A DNA stretch of 64,000 bases. Source: Octopus sinensis (Eukaryota). Made by a program: the position numbers and the translations under genes. The stretch lies in contig NC_043000.1 in NCBI RefSeq assembly GCF_006345805.1, positions 56,482,001 to 56,546,000 of the forward strand, in the 5' to 3' direction. The notes under the pieces were generated by a model. It was not told the origin of the DNA, made no database searches, and saw only the letters and a program-made list of their open reading frames with translations. This document shows, piece by piece, positions 1 through 12,337 of this stretch (the stretch's first letter is position 1; every line of letters starts with the position of its first letter).

Positions 1-150
1 TGCAAAGATAATCTGGAACTTGACTGAGGATTGAAAACTCCGAATGATCTGTCCTTTGTTTTCCTTGTATCATCTCTAGATATTTTGTTTTCCTTTTTTT
101 TGTTTCACCTAACTGTTTGGATGTTTTGCGTTCTTGTCCCATCTTTGCAT
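1..150 (+). mobile_element. Dispersed repeat family F fragment (unclassified, possibly Penelope-derived)
   Basis: gataatctggaacttgactgaggattgaaaactccgaatgatctgtcctttg matches 1520-1570 (+) and 3475-3525 (-). Confidence 0.55.
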
Positions 151-610
151 TATATATATATAAGTTCAGTAAAAATTTAGATTCAGTTGAATATGGTACT
201 TGAGTTAAAGGCACCAGAATTTAGTATGGTATTATCCATATAATTCAAAATGGGGTGATTATAATCAAAATAAGCAACAAGGATATCCAGATATCCATAT
301 ATATATATATTTACAGTACATAGATTAAAGACAGATAAAGCCAGTCTATGGGATTACCCTAAACCTGTTGGCCTGTAACCTCTCTAGCAAATTAATAGAA
401 ATATTTTTATGACATCTGTGTTGGTGTTATTGGTGGCCATCCTGTATCTGCTATCAGCGGCAGCCTTGTGTAGTGGTGGGTTTAGTTCCAGGCTTGTGTT
501 TGTAGCTAGGTTAGCTGCTGGACAATTTTTTGTGTCAAGCACAAAAAATGTTGTTCAACTGCATCCCCTTTGATATCTGGGTAAAGCTGGCCATTTGTTG
601 AGCCATCAAC

Positions 611-652
<42 letters not shown>

Positions 653-681
653 ATTTGTAGAAATACATAAATCTGGAGAAG

Positions 682-1092
682 TACTCTTTTACTCGTTTAC
701 TTGTTTCAGTCATTTGACTGTGGCCATGCTGGAGCACCGCCTTTAATCGAGCAACTCGACCCCGGGACTTATTCTTTTGTAATCCCAGTACATATTCTAT
801 CGGTCTCTTTTGCCGAACCGCTAAGTAACGGGAACATAAACACACCAGCATCGGTTGTCAAGCAATGCGAGGGGGGAAAAACACAGACACACAAACACAC
901 ACACGCATATATATATATACATATATATGACAGGCTTCTTTCAGTTTCCGTCTACCAAATCCACTCACAAGGCTTTGGTCAGCCCGAGGCTATAGTAAAA
1001 GACACTTGCCCAAGGTGCCATGCAGTGGGACTGAACCCGGAACCATGTAGTTGGTAAGCAAGCTACTTACCACACAGCCACTCCTGCGCCTA
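682..1092 (-). mobile_element. SINE family A (tRNA head, CORE-like domain; Octopus OR-type), full length, young
   Basis: The minus strand reads A-box tggctgtgtggtaa, B-box ggttcagtccc, CORE-like ggcaccttgggcaagtgtc, an internal (TA/TG) tract and an aagtaaaagagt tail. More than 20 copies occur in the window. Confidence 0.9.
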
Positions 1093-1171
1093 TATATATA
1101 CTCATATATATATATACATACACGCATATACACATACACACACACACACACATATATACACATATACACGC

Positions 1172-1216
<45 letters not shown>

Positions 1217-1224
1217 CACAACTT

Positions 1225-1610
1225 CACAAGCCAGCCCCATACTCAAACTCGTCCTGTCGAAAGACCCTTGTCCTACGTCCTGGTTTTGTTTTGTTGTTTA
1301 TTTTTTATTTTTTATTTTTACCGTTATTGTTTTTACGTTTTGTATTCTTATTGGTGTCACGTATTCTGTATTTTGTTTGTGTACTCGTTCGTTTTCCGTC
1401 CTTTCGTTGTATACATTCGAAGCTTTCTTCCAGGGGATCTAATGCGCTTGGCTTAGATTTCCCTTGGCGGGCTGGCCATATTGGAGCATCTCAAGATTAA
1501 TCAGCCGAAATTGCTAAGATGATCTGGTTCTTGACTGATGACTGAGGGCTTCGAATGTCCCGTCCTGTGTTCTTGTGTCGTCTCTGTGGTGTTTCATGTT
1601 CTTGTCCATG
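1225..1610 (+). mobile_element. Dispersed repeat family F
   Basis: ttcttccaggggatctaatgcgcttggcttagatttcccttggcgggctggccatattggagc is the reverse complement of 3545-3620. Confidence 0.6.
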
Positions 1611-2957
1611 TCTGTAATTATTTTTACTGTTTACCTATATATATATATATATATATATATAGCAGTGTCATCTATAAATCAGCTAGTTTTTTTTTTCATT
1701 CCATGCAGGTTTTTACCTACAATTACTCATGCTAGCTTCAGGTTTTCTGACATTTGCATTTTCATTAACACGTAAAAAAAGAAGTAAATACGAAGCTATG
1801 GAATTAATAAAATTCGCTCAGGTGATTTAAAGAAAAATAGTTTATCACATTTCCATGATAAGAGCTAACAAAGAAAATTAAGAAAATTACCACCTTCAGA
1901 ACAATAATCCAGTTTTAACGTTATTTGAGAGACATCACTGTCTAACAGACCAGCCAATGTCGAAAAGAAATTATCGTATGTCTTTTAATTTTAAGTCATT
2001 TTCTGTTTTAAAATTCATTTTCAACTTTAAATTCTTTTAGATAGATTATTTTTTTCCTACAGATATATTATTACAAAATTTCTTTTCCTGTCTCTTGGAA
2101 AATGTTCAAGTTACAGCAAGAAAACTGTTCACATTCAATAAAGCTTTCTTATAAATTCTTTTAGTTTTGTTTTATTTTTGTTTTTTTTTTCTTTTAGTAT
2201 TATATTTATTTCAATGCTCATATAAATTATCTCCCTTATTCACTGTGAAAGTAGTGTGCTACACTGTCCTCCTCACCACCTACGTTAAAACCTACCACCA
2301 CACACAAACACAGACCTAAAAACAACCATCAAAAACATACTGACACACCAGATATTTTATTATGTTAGATGTGACTACATGAGCCTTTTAGAAAAAGCAT
2401 TAAACTGTCAACTTTGGTGAGTAGCAAACCTTCAGTAAATATTAATCAGAATTTTTTTTTTTTAAACAAAACAAAAAAGAAAAGAAAAAGCAAAAAAAAA
2501 CGATTTTCTTCTCCTTTTCTGTACCATTAGAAGTGATTTAAACAGAAGTCACACAAAGTTCAAATAAGTCACTGTGATGACATATACCCTAAATTTTCAA
2601 CAACTGAACTGACAATGTACTTCATTCAATTTTTCTTTTCCTAATGTTATATTTTGGACAAATTTCTGCCATAAATCAAAGTGACATATACTGACACTAG
2701 ATTTTTCAGAAGTTGGTTGTTGCTGTAGTTGTTGTTGTTGTTGTTGTTACTGCAGCTGTTTAGGTTGTTGTTGTTGTTGTTGTTGTTATGGCTGCTGCTG
2801 CAGTTGATGTCATGATTGTTTACTTATTTACTTGTTCATTCTTTCATTGTTGGGTTCAGGCACGGCCATGCCGTTAAAATGTTTGCTTCACAATGACATG
2901 GATCTTGGTTCAATCCCAGAGCACAGCTCCTAAAGCAAATGTTTTCTTATATATATA

Positions 2958-3355
2958 TTCTTTTACCTATTTCAGTCATTTGACAGTGGCCATGTTGGAG
3001 CATTACCTTTAAGGATTTTTTAGTCAAAGAAATCGACACCAGAACTTATTCTTTATAAGTCTAGTACTTATTGTATCGTTCTATTTTGCCGAGCAGCTAC
3101 TTTACAGGGACATAAACACACCGACATCAGTTGTCAAGCAATGGTGGGAGGACAAACACAGACACAAATATATACATATATATATATAAACAATAGGCTT
3201 TTTTCAGTTTCCAACTACCAAATCCATTCACAAAGCTTTGGTTGACCCAATGCTATAGTAGAAGACACTTGCCCAAGGTGACATGAAGTGGGACTGAACC
3301 TGGGCCCATGTGGTTGGAAAGCAAGCTTCTTACAACACAGCCTTGCCTGTGCCTA
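2958..3355 (-). mobile_element. SINE family A, diverged full length
   Basis: Colinear with 682-1092 over its whole length. Confidence 0.85.
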
Positions 3356-3374
3356 ATATATAGATATATAGATA

Positions 3375-3765
3375 TATAAAAATACAAAATGAGACAAGAA
3401 CACAAAACATCCATACAGTTAGGTGATACAAAAACAGGACAAGGAAAACATCCAGATAGACGATAGAAAGAAAACAAAGACGAGTCATTCAAAGTGTTCT
3501 TTTCTCAGTCAAGCACCAGATTATCCTTACAATTTCAGCTGATTATACTTGAGACTGCTCCAATCTGGCCAGCCCCAAGGAAAAACTAAGCTAAGCGCAT
3601 TAGATTCCTTGGAAGAAAGCAGCAAATGTATACAAAAACAAGGATGGTAAAAAACGGACGTTACACAAATACAAATACAATAATAACAGGACATAACAGC
3701 ATATCTATATGTATATAGATATATACATATAGGTAAATCAAAAGATAGAAATAAAAACAAAACAG
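3375..3765 (-). mobile_element. Dispersed repeat family F (inverted relative to 1225-1610)
   Basis: Reverse-complement similarity to 1260-1600. Confidence 0.6.
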
Positions 3766-4454
3766 CAATAGGACATACACTGAGAATGTATTAGGTTGAT
3801 GCTCAGTTTAAAATTGGAAAAAGAGGGTGTGTAACATTCCAAATAAGGTGATAACCCTCATGAAAATTCATATATTTTTGCTGTGGATGAAATTTTAACC
3901 ATAGATATTAGACACAAATGAAGTAATATTCCAAAAATTTCAACTCCTTAGGAGGTTAGTAAGACCGCTTAATGGGGTCTTAACCCCCAACAATTTAGTC
4001 ATTTTTCCTAAGCCAAGATTAATACAATTATAGTCTTGGAAGTTGTAGAGTCCCCCAAGGATACAAGATGAGTATTATTTGCAATTCAATGGTACAACAG
4101 CATAAGAGTGATGCATAAATTGTCAAGTAAATGAGAGGCATCTTTGCCTCCACTGATTCAATTGTAAAGTGTTATTTTGAGTAAAGTTACTTGGTTGCAA
4201 ACCTCTTTTGAGTCTTTCTATTATCACTGGGTCAGAGATAGTCCCCAGATGATAACATTGATTTCAAGGCTTTTCCCGATAAGTGACTGGTCATTCAAAG
4301 AGATTTATAGATTGCAAATTTACTCTATTCAGTTACCTAACAGCATGGTGATCATTGGCAAACTAGAGAGTGACACTTTCATTTTCCCTTAGCCCTCACG
4401 TTTTAGAGTTGAGAAAGAGAGAGAGAGAGGGGAGGAGAGTAAAGTACTCAAGGT

Positions 4455-4995
4455 ACAAGTTGAAGCATTTGATGAGGAGAAAGAGATAGAGACATATAAT
4501 ATGAAGGACAACTCGAAGTCTCTACCAAACAACCCATTGAGGGCTACAGACCAAATCTGTGGCTGGTGCCAAAATCCAATTAGACCAAGGGTGATGTGGC
4601 AGAGGAAAAATGGTGTAGGCAGAGCCATGGAAACAAAGGGACAGGTTTTGATGGGTTGGGAAGATGAATGTAGCAGAGAATTATACCACCTAGCTAAGCA
4701 ACAGGATTATTTTGAAAGGGAAGAAACATAAAATAAGAGGTGTGCCAAGTTTCTGTAGTGTGTGGACCAGAGACATAAGGTGTCCTGAATTGCAAAACAG
4801 TCTATCAGAGAAAATCAGGATGTTGAGTGTTGGTGAGGATGATGGGGGATGGTAGTATGCATGGACAGGTAATGGCACACTTGCACTTAGTGATACATGA
4901 AAGATTACTAAATGCAGAAGATACATAGGAGAATGAAGGCCTTCCCAACATGGATCCAAGAGAGGAACAACCATCCTAGATGACAGCTGTTTGAT
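4455..4995 (+). mobile_element. RTE-clade LINE fragment (EN-RT linker), degenerate
   Basis: Translation LRATDQICGWCQNPIRPRV...CSRELYHLAKQQ, then after frameshifts IAKQSIRENQDV, GTLALSD and ERLLNAEDT*ENEGLPNMDP, matches the remembered RTE linker (...GWC...WWWN...RELYQ...ERLLN.EN.W). Confidence 0.75.
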
Positions 4996-5769
4996 ATAAA
5001 AACCTTTTGGGCCACATATACATTTGTATGTATTTACATACATACATGCATACACACACTTACACATACACTTGCATATACATACATCTGAATTTATAAA
5101 CTTAAGTTAAAAGTACTCAACACCAAAGTACAGAGTATTGTTTAATTTAGTACTGGAATCACTCTCAGTTACAACTCCAAGATTCATGATTCTTTACTGA
5201 TTATGTATGATCACTGATATGCAGAACTGATTATGAAAAAACAAAATTCATGGAATTGAATGTCATATTCCACTAGAGGGGCACCCTCCACTACAGCCAA
5301 TTAAAGTACTTATTTTATTAACCTTAGAAGGATGCAATGCAAAGTTAATCTTGGCAGAATTTGCATCCAGAACACAAAGAGGCTATAACTAAATACCCAC
5401 AAGGGTATTTTGTCCTGTGTGCTATCAATTCTACTGTCCACCTCCTTTAGCAACAACTCGTACAATTAAAGCCAATGAGGGAGTCTCTACATGGTCGTTC
5501 AGCCAGCTATAATTAATGGCAAAACCTCTTTGCAACTACCTTGTAAAAGGACATGTTAACTAATGTGATCCTGGACTCCAGTCACATAGGAAAAAGTTGA
5601 AATGGTCTTGGCTGGAATAGTACACATCTCTAGTTCAACAACCTTTCCTTAGCCTTTACTAAAAATAGCAGCTGAATATTCAAATCACAACCCAATATCT
5701 GAAATAAAGATACATGTTGAATAAATAATATAGTCACAGGCACACCCTTAAAAATATGGGGGTAGTTAA

Positions 5770-5960
5770 GGCCATGCATTCTGGAGGAGAATATAGCTGT
5801 TTAGATTAACCACAAAAATTGAATGGTAGTTTTTTTATCAATCCCAAATGGAAGGCAAATTTGACCTCAGCAGGATTTGAACTGAGAATGTAAAGAGAAA
5901 TAACAAAATACTGCAAGATATTTTGTTTGACACATAGCAGATTTGGTTAATCCATTATCC
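5770..5960 (-). mobile_element. SINE family B, diverged
   Basis: ggaaggcaaatttgacctcagcaggatttgaactgagaatg matches the B head and central domain. Confidence 0.65.
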
Positions 5961-6640
5961 ACCACAGTCATCATATCAAATGTGATAGTTTATTGATTCT
6001 AAAGGTTTTGATTCTAAAGAATGCTATTGCTCGTTATTGCAGCCAACTAAGGTTTCGTGAGCACTTCATGTTTGAATGGTTAGTATCAAGAAGGGCAATA
6101 ATTATGCAAATGTCTAAATTTGCAATTCTATCTAACCATTGATTACACTGAAAAAGGAATGTTGAAACATGAAAATAAAAAATAAAATTAAATAAAGAAG
6201 AAAATAATATCAAATAAAATGTTTAAGAGAAAAAGAACAGAAGAGAAAAATATTCAGTAACCCTAAAGCTATAAATAATTTCCTAACAGACAAAGGGTGA
6301 AGCTAGAAAATTCTATTTCTAAAAGGGAACTCATAATCAAAGTTTCATCAGCCATGTTGAAATTTTATGATTTGCAACTTATAATCATAAAATGTCTGTA
6401 TTTATATTCAAACTGACAATGGATTTGTGTTAAATAAGCTGGAAATGTCATAGGATATCATTCACAGGGCATTACTTTTGGGATTGGCCTATGTGCTCAA
6501 TACAAAGTTGTAAAAATTCCAAACTCTTGCAGTAATTGCTCTGAAATTGCCAAAAATTCCATCAATAAACCGCATAATGACTGCCACTTCAGTGACAGTG
6601 AACAGGAAACACAGCCCATCAAATCACTTGCTAAATTTAC
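5770..6640 (+). repeat. Left arm of an old inverted duplication (partner 8415-9235)
   Basis: For example, 6547-6640 attgccaaaaattccatcaataaaccgcataatgactgccacttcagtgacagtgaacaggaaacacagcccatcaaatcacttgctaaatt is the near reverse complement of 8415-8510; 6020-6145 pairs with 8883-9003. Confidence 0.85.
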
Positions 6641-7261
6641 ATTTTAAAACTTTATGACTTCTTGTATCCTCTTTTCTTTTCTCTCTCTTTTTTTTTTTTT
6701 TTTTCAAACCAATTTTTGTTTGTTTTCTCGTTGACAGAAATTGGATGGGTTTGCAAATTTGGATATTTGCATCATTTCTTGTAGCTGAAAATTAATGGCT
6801 TGATAACTTTCCAAATATCAACTATTCAACCATAAATTATCACTGTTGTCAGCTATTGTTGTTGTCATTGTTCATTCACTACTGTGAAATTTTTCATTGT
6901 ATCTGCTTAAAATAGCCCTCTTTCAAAAAGATTTCAAGCCTCATTTACAACCTAATTTATTCTAATACAGCAAGCTAATGAAATGAAATGCTTGACAATT
7001 CTATAGTGCACCAGCTCTTTACTACAATGAAATACATCATCCTTTGACATTCTGCTTCAAGAAGCAAATACGATGATATGTTTTTGATAAATTTTAATTT
7101 TAATTAGAGGAGAAGAGGGGCTGCAGAAATGATTCTTTTTTAAGGCCTCTGTGACTAGCAGGAGTAATGAAGGAAGGTATCCTTGGCCCAAAGACAAGTT
7201 CTGAATGATTGCATCAAAATGGACTCAACTAAACACATGCAAAGACTAGTTCAGGGTGTTT

Positions 7262-7585
7262 AACTGCATGGCGCTCCGTCAGTTACAACAACAAAGGTTT
7301 CAGTTGATCCAATCAACAGAACAGCCTGCTCATGAAATTAACATGCAAGTGGTTGAGCACTCCACAGACACGTGTACCCTTAACAGGGAGATTCAGTATG
7401 ACACAGAATGTGACAAGGCTGGTCATTTTTAATTATAGGTACAACTCATTTTTGCCAGCTGAGTGGACTGGAGCAACGTGAGATAAAATGTCATGCTCAA
7501 GGACACAATATGTCACCAGGAATGGAACTCACAACTTATTGATTATGAGATGAATACCCTAACCACTAAGCCATGTGCCTTCACT
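7262..7585 (-). mobile_element. SINE family D (tRNA head, V-like domain), diverged
   Basis: The minus strand starts gtgaaggcacatggcttagtggttaggg and contains ccttgagcatgacattttatctcacgttgctccagtccactcagctg. Confidence 0.75.
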
Positions 7586-7699
7586 TAACTGGATGACAGA
7601 TTAAGTATATTACCCACCATCAGGGACAGTCCCTTCAATGGGCTCGCATAGTTGCCACTCACCAAATTTCACTTCAAAGACTTTGTTCAGACTGAAGCA

Positions 7700-8103
7700 A
7701 TGGTAAGACATTTGCAAAAGGTGCCACACCACTGGGTTGTCACCAGAAATACCATAAATTCTGAGACCCCCTTCGGTCATGACACAGACCATAGGATTGC
7801 ACCAAGAAAGTTACCCCCCACCAGGCGCAAGTCCGGGCAAGGTTATTTATGGAAGACCAGCAGTTGCCCATGCATACTGGCCTCCCCTCTCCACGCCACC
7901 AGTGTTATCCAAGGTAAAGGCAAGGGCCGATACAGCTTGGCACCTGTGATGTCACAACTCATTTCTACAGCTGAGTGGACTGGAGCAACGTGAAATAAAG
8001 TGTCTTGCTCAAGAGCACAACACACAGTCCAGTCCGGGATTCGAGCTCACAACCTCATGATCGTAAGCTCAATGCTCTAACCACTGAGCCATGCGCCTTC
8101 ACC
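7700..8103 (-). mobile_element. SINE family D, well preserved
   Basis: A-box tggctcagtggtt, B-box agctcgaatccc, then tcttgagcaagacactttatttcacgttgctccagtccactcagctg. Confidence 0.8.
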
Positions 8104-8189
8104 ATAAATAAGTACTTACAAACTAAACATTTTAACCACTCAGCCATATTTGTACCCATAAGCCATGCACTGTCATCAACATTGTCATT

Positions 8190-8280
8190 GTCATCATTAT
8201 TACTTAACCCCTCTCTTCCATGCTGGCATGGGTTGGACAGTTTGACAGGAGCTGGCAAGCTGGAGAGCTGCACCTTCCCA
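8190..8280 (-). mobile_element. RTE LINE 3' end (5'-truncated)
   Basis: ttccatgctggcatgggttggacagtttgac next to a (CAT)n-like tail; same sequence as the 10400-10490 RTE 3' UTR. Confidence 0.7.
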
Positions 8281-8414
8281 ACTATGACTGAATATTCAAT
8301 GACCATATTAAACTAGTCATCCTCAGCTGAACATACTTGTTGTCGAGTTCCGATACTTGAAATCCCATCGCCATTACCTGGTTTTCTTTCCTTTTTCTCC
8401 ACCTTTCATGATCC

Positions 8415-9235
8415 AATTTAGCAAGTGATTTGATGGGTTGTGTTTCCTGTTCACTGTCACTGGAGTGGCAGTCATTATGTTGGTTTATTGATAGAATTTT
8501 TGGCAATCATATAACGATTAGTACAAGCTTTCAGTTTTTACAACTTTACATTTAGTATTGAGCACACATGCCAATCCCCAAAGTAATGTTCTATGAACGA
8601 TATCCTCTAACACAGATCCATTGTCAATTTGAATAAAAATATGAACATTTTATCATTATAAGTTGCAAATCATGAAATTTTCAATGTGACTGAAGGAACT
8701 TTGATTAAGAATTTCCTTTCAGAAACAGAATTTTCCAGCTATCTCTTTTTTTTATTTCTATAAGGAAATTTTTTAATAGCTTTGGCGTTGCTATATTTTT
8801 CCCTTCGGTTTTTCTTTCCTTAAACATCTCATTTCATTTTGTAATTCTACTTCTTTGTTTTTATTTTTCAAGATTCTTTTTATCGATGTTAGATGGAATT
8901 GCAAATTTAGACATTTGCATAATTATTGTTCTTCATAATACTAACCATTCAGACATGAAGTGCTCATGAAACCTAGGTTGGTTAAGGTAATGACCAACAG
9001 CAGAGTTCAAATGACAACTTTTAGGATCAATGACATAATAATTGCAATGGATAATGGATTGGTAAAATCCACAGAGTGTCTTGCAATATTTAGTTATATC
9101 TCTTTAAATTCTAAGTTCAAATTCTTCTAAGGCCAACTTGGCCTTTCATCCATTCTGAATTGATAAAATAAAGTACCAGTCAAATATCATGATAAACCTT
9201 ATCAACAATACTCTCTCCAGAAGTATGTGACCTTG
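8415..9235 (-). repeat. Right arm of the inverted duplication, including a SINE B at 9045-9235
   Basis: Continuous reverse-complement similarity to 5770-6640. Confidence 0.85.
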
Positions 9236-9310
9236 TACAGAATGGTAAAAATACTGATGATGAATGAGTTGGGGTGTCAATGGTTCAGGCAAAATACCAA
9301 AGTTAAACTG

Positions 9311-9712
9311 ACAAGAGTGGTTGTGTGGTTAGTAGCTGGCTTACCAATCACATGGTTCTGGGTTCAGTCCTACTTGGGCTACCTTGGGCCAGTGTCTTCT
9401 ACTATAACCTCAGGCTGATCAAAGCCTTGTGGGTGGATTTGGTACACAGAAACTGAAAGAAGCCCGTACATATGTGTGTGTGTATGCATGTGTATATGTT
9501 TGTGTGTCTGTGTTTGTCCCCTGCCAACATCGCCTGACAACTGATGCTGGTGTGTTTACATCCCCATAACTTAGCGGTTCAGCAAAAGAGACTGATAGAA
9601 GAAGTACTAGGCTTACAAAGAATAAGTCCTGAGTCGATTTGCTCAATTAAAGGCAGTGCTCCAGCATGGCCACAGTCAAATGACTGAAACAAATAAATAA
9701 AAAAAAGAATAA
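9311..9712 (+). mobile_element. SINE family A, full length
   Basis: gagtggttgtgtggttagtagc head through to the aaatgactgaaacaaat tail. Confidence 0.88.
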
Positions 9713-10064
9713 CTACTCAGAGACAAAGGGCTCCTAACTTCTCCTTTACAATATGCTTCAAATCATTGTTTATAGCATAAATCTCGTGGATGAAACCACA
9801 GACTTAGATATCATTTTGAACAAAATTTAAAAATACAACATGCATTTAAAAGAATTGCACATACATAACAAGACATCTTCAGGTAGAGACCTTCTGCACA
9901 TCATTGTAATGAAACAGTATGTTCTTGACCTTAGCTGGGTATGGATAATATAATAATGGGATGCAGAAGGTCTGGACTCCCAAAACAGCTGACAATGGGA
10001 GAAAGGTAGTTGCTGCTAATGGTGACAAAACAATTATCATATTAATATGAACAAAAATAATGGT

Positions 10065-10492
10065 GGTATAGTCATGTGATGTGTATGGACAAAGACAACT
10101 GTGTTATGCTGATCTCTAACTATGGAGAGAACCTGTGGAAGGGGGTAAACTCAGGAAGACATGGAATGAGGTAGTGAAGCATGATCTTTGAATGTTGGGC
10201 CTCATGGGGGCAATAGAATGTGACCAAGACCTTTGGCAATATGGCATGCTTGAGAAGACCCATCAAGCCAAGTGAAATTGTAGTCATAGTTGATGCTGGT
10301 GTCATGTAACTGGCATCCATGCCAGTGACACATAGAAAGCACACACTACAGTCTTGGAGTGGTTAGCATTAGGAAGGACATTCAACCATAGAAACCATGC
10401 CAAATCAGATTGGAATCTGGTGTAGCCCTCCAGCTTTATCAATTTCAGTTAACCATCTAAGCCATGCCAGCATGGAAAGTAGATGCTAAATG
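10065..10492 (+). mobile_element. RTE LINE 3' end: ORF C-terminus plus 3' UTR
   Basis: Frameshifted translation ..GHVM..MDKDNCV...RGKLRKTWNEVVKHDL*MLGL...DLWQYGMLEKTHQAK* matches an RTE C-terminus and runs into the ttaggaagg..aacccatgccagcatggaaa-type 3' UTR. The many short copies of that UTR are therefore truncated RTEs. Confidence 0.8.
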
Positions 10493-10519
10493 CTGCTGCT
10501 GCTGGTGGAGTCACTCATT

Positions 10520-10660
10520 GACCTGATGGCACAAGGAGAAGCAATACAGTTTGCAGTATTTAGTTACATCTCTTTACATTCTGAGTTCAAATGCAGCCAG
10601 GAACAACTTTTCCTTTTATCTTTCAAATTTAATAAAACAAGTACTAGTCAGTTACAGCAG
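10520..10660 (+). mobile_element. SINE family B, diverged
   Basis: ttctgagttcaaatgcagccagg...ttttatctttcaaatttaataaaacaagtactagt. Confidence 0.6.
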
Positions 10661-10825
10661 TCGATAACATTGACCATGCTTCACCTTGAAAAATGTACCA
10701 AGGTTATTGTTGTTGTTGGTGTTGGTGTTTAGCCCCAGGTCAGCTGTGTTTATGCAGACCCATGATTGAATAAAACAGTCTAACTGTCTTTTTAGATATA
10801 GTCTATGTTGGATTACATTATACAA

Positions 10826-11222
10826 TACTCTTTTACTTGTTTCAGTCATGTGATTGTCGCCATGCTAGAGCACCACCTTTAGTCAAGCACATCAACTCCA
10901 GGATTTATTCTTTGTAAGCCTAGTACTTATTCTATCAGTCTCTTTTGCTGAACTGCTACATTATGGGGACGTAAAAACACCAGCATCGGTTGTTAAGCGA
11001 TGTTGAGGGGACAAACACAGACACACAAACATATACACATGCATACATATATACATATATACGACAGGCTTCTTTCAGTTTCCGTCTACCAAATCCACTC
11101 ACAAGGCTTTGGTTGGCCCAATGGTCTAGTAGAAGACACTTGCCCAAGGTGCCATGCAGTGGGACTGAACCCAGAACCATGTGGTTCGTAAGCAAGCTAC
11201 TTACCACACAGCCATTCCTACG
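10826..11222 (-). mobile_element. SINE family A, full length
   Basis: Near-identical in layout to 682-1092. Confidence 0.9.
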
Positions 11223-11225
11223 CTT

Positions 11226-11341
11226 ATAAAAGGATGAAAGGCAAAGCCAACCTCGGCAGAATTTGAACTCAGAACGTAAAGACAAATGAAATACCACTAA
11301 GCATTTCGCCCGGTATGCTAATGTTTCTGCCAGCTCGGCAC
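11226..11341 (-). mobile_element. SINE family B 5' half, abutting the SINE A head
   Basis: aaggatgaaaggcaaagccaacctcggcagaatttgaactcagaacg...ctgccagctcggc. Confidence 0.8.
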
Positions 11342-11709
11342 TTTTTTTTTCTAATGTCAGTAGGATCTGATTCAAGAAATTTGTCTGTTATTTCTAACAA
11401 GGAAAGTGCACATGTATAGACTTCTACACTGGGTCATGTAATTGTAGAGGAGTAAGCATTATACTGAAAATCTAAGCCTACTAGAAGTAATAGTTAAATT
11501 GAGACTATATCTTTGACATCACCAGCTATAAAATTGAAAACACATTAGTTAATGTAGTCCTAGACACATTATGCTTGAAAAACAGGCTGACCAAACACTA
11601 ACAACAATGCTCATATGCAAACAAGGCAAATGAGGAGTCTTCATGCGGTCACTTGATTGGCTAACAATGACAGCCAAATTTCCCTCCTATCAGACGATAG
11701 CATCTTTAA

Positions 11710-12079
11710 CTCTTTAGCACTCAGATTAGTTTGTCAAATGTAATACTTATTTACTTACATTCACTGGCACAAGGAGAGGGGCAGTCCACCCTAGACAGCA
11801 CCACTTTTGGGTCTGCTGTCAGCAATATGTACTTTTTGTGGGGGCCCAGGGGCAGCAAACTGAAGAGCCAAGCTGGACAGCACACACCCTAGCTACACTA
11901 GTGCTCACATTGTTTAGATTTAATCATGCATTATCTTGAAGCTTTGAGATTTTGATTAATGGATTGTTTACTTTTAGTATGACATTGTAGGGTAAGTGTG
12001 AGAGATTGTATTTGGCCAGTTTGAACATAAAACAAGTAGAACATTATAGCCAGATATGGCTGGTTTAAATGTTAATGGG
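11710..12079. mobile_element. piggyBac-like TTAA MITE, interrupted by a hAT-like insert
   Basis: TTAA at 11706-09 and 12080-83; termini ctctttagca...ttaatggg; internal sequence shared with 30365-30789 and 39607-39826. Confidence 0.7.
11762..11903. mobile_element. hAT-like mini-insertion
   Basis: Flanked by an 8-bp near-duplication cttacatt (11754-61) / ctcacatt (11904-11); CACT...AGTG termini; absent from other copies of the host MITE. Confidence 0.55.
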
Positions 12080-12120
12080 TTAACCCTTTTGCTACCAAAC
12101 CTGCCTGAGACTGCCTTTAA

Positions 12121-12337
12121 CCCTTTTGTTACCAGCCCGGCTGAAACCTGCTCTGGCCCTGTAATACAAACGTCTTGTTTTCAAAAGTTCTGAATTAAAA
12201 TCTTCCACCAAACCTTAGTCACAATTTATGTTCCTAACACTAAATGATAACTAAGTTATTTTACTAAATTCTTTGTTATGTTTAAAATAATTGAAAGAAA
12301 CACAAAGCATCTCAGAATAAATACAGTAACGAAAGGG
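12121..12337. mobile_element. Second piggyBac-like TTAA MITE family
   Basis: TTAA at 12117-20 and 12338-41; TIR cccttttgttac / gtaacgaaaggg (11 of 12); related copy at 42717-42937. Confidence 0.75.

Noticed and set aside
701-1057. Recurrent ORF family (...YDRLLSVSVYQIHSQG...DTCPRCHAVGLNPEPC) at 701, 11000, 14766, 20621 and 21300
   Set aside because: Antisense reading of SINE A; it recurs because the repeat recurs.
1528-1566. CTGATGA...GAAT...GTC in family F as a possible hammerhead
   Set aside because: GAAT replaces GAAA in all three copies, stem II is inconsistent and there is no stem I pairing.
5270-5284. CCACTAGAGGGGCAC as a CTCF site
   Set aside because: It has one extra G relative to the CCACYAGRKGGCRC spacing, is a single occurrence and has no other support.
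6739-6800. Strong plus-strand splice acceptor (ttttctcgttgacag)
   Set aside because: All three frames stop within 20 codons and no donor was identified; an exon cannot be supported.
8040-8103. tRNA gene
   Set aside because: A and B boxes are present but run into a SINE body with no acceptor-stem 3' strand; this is a SINE head.
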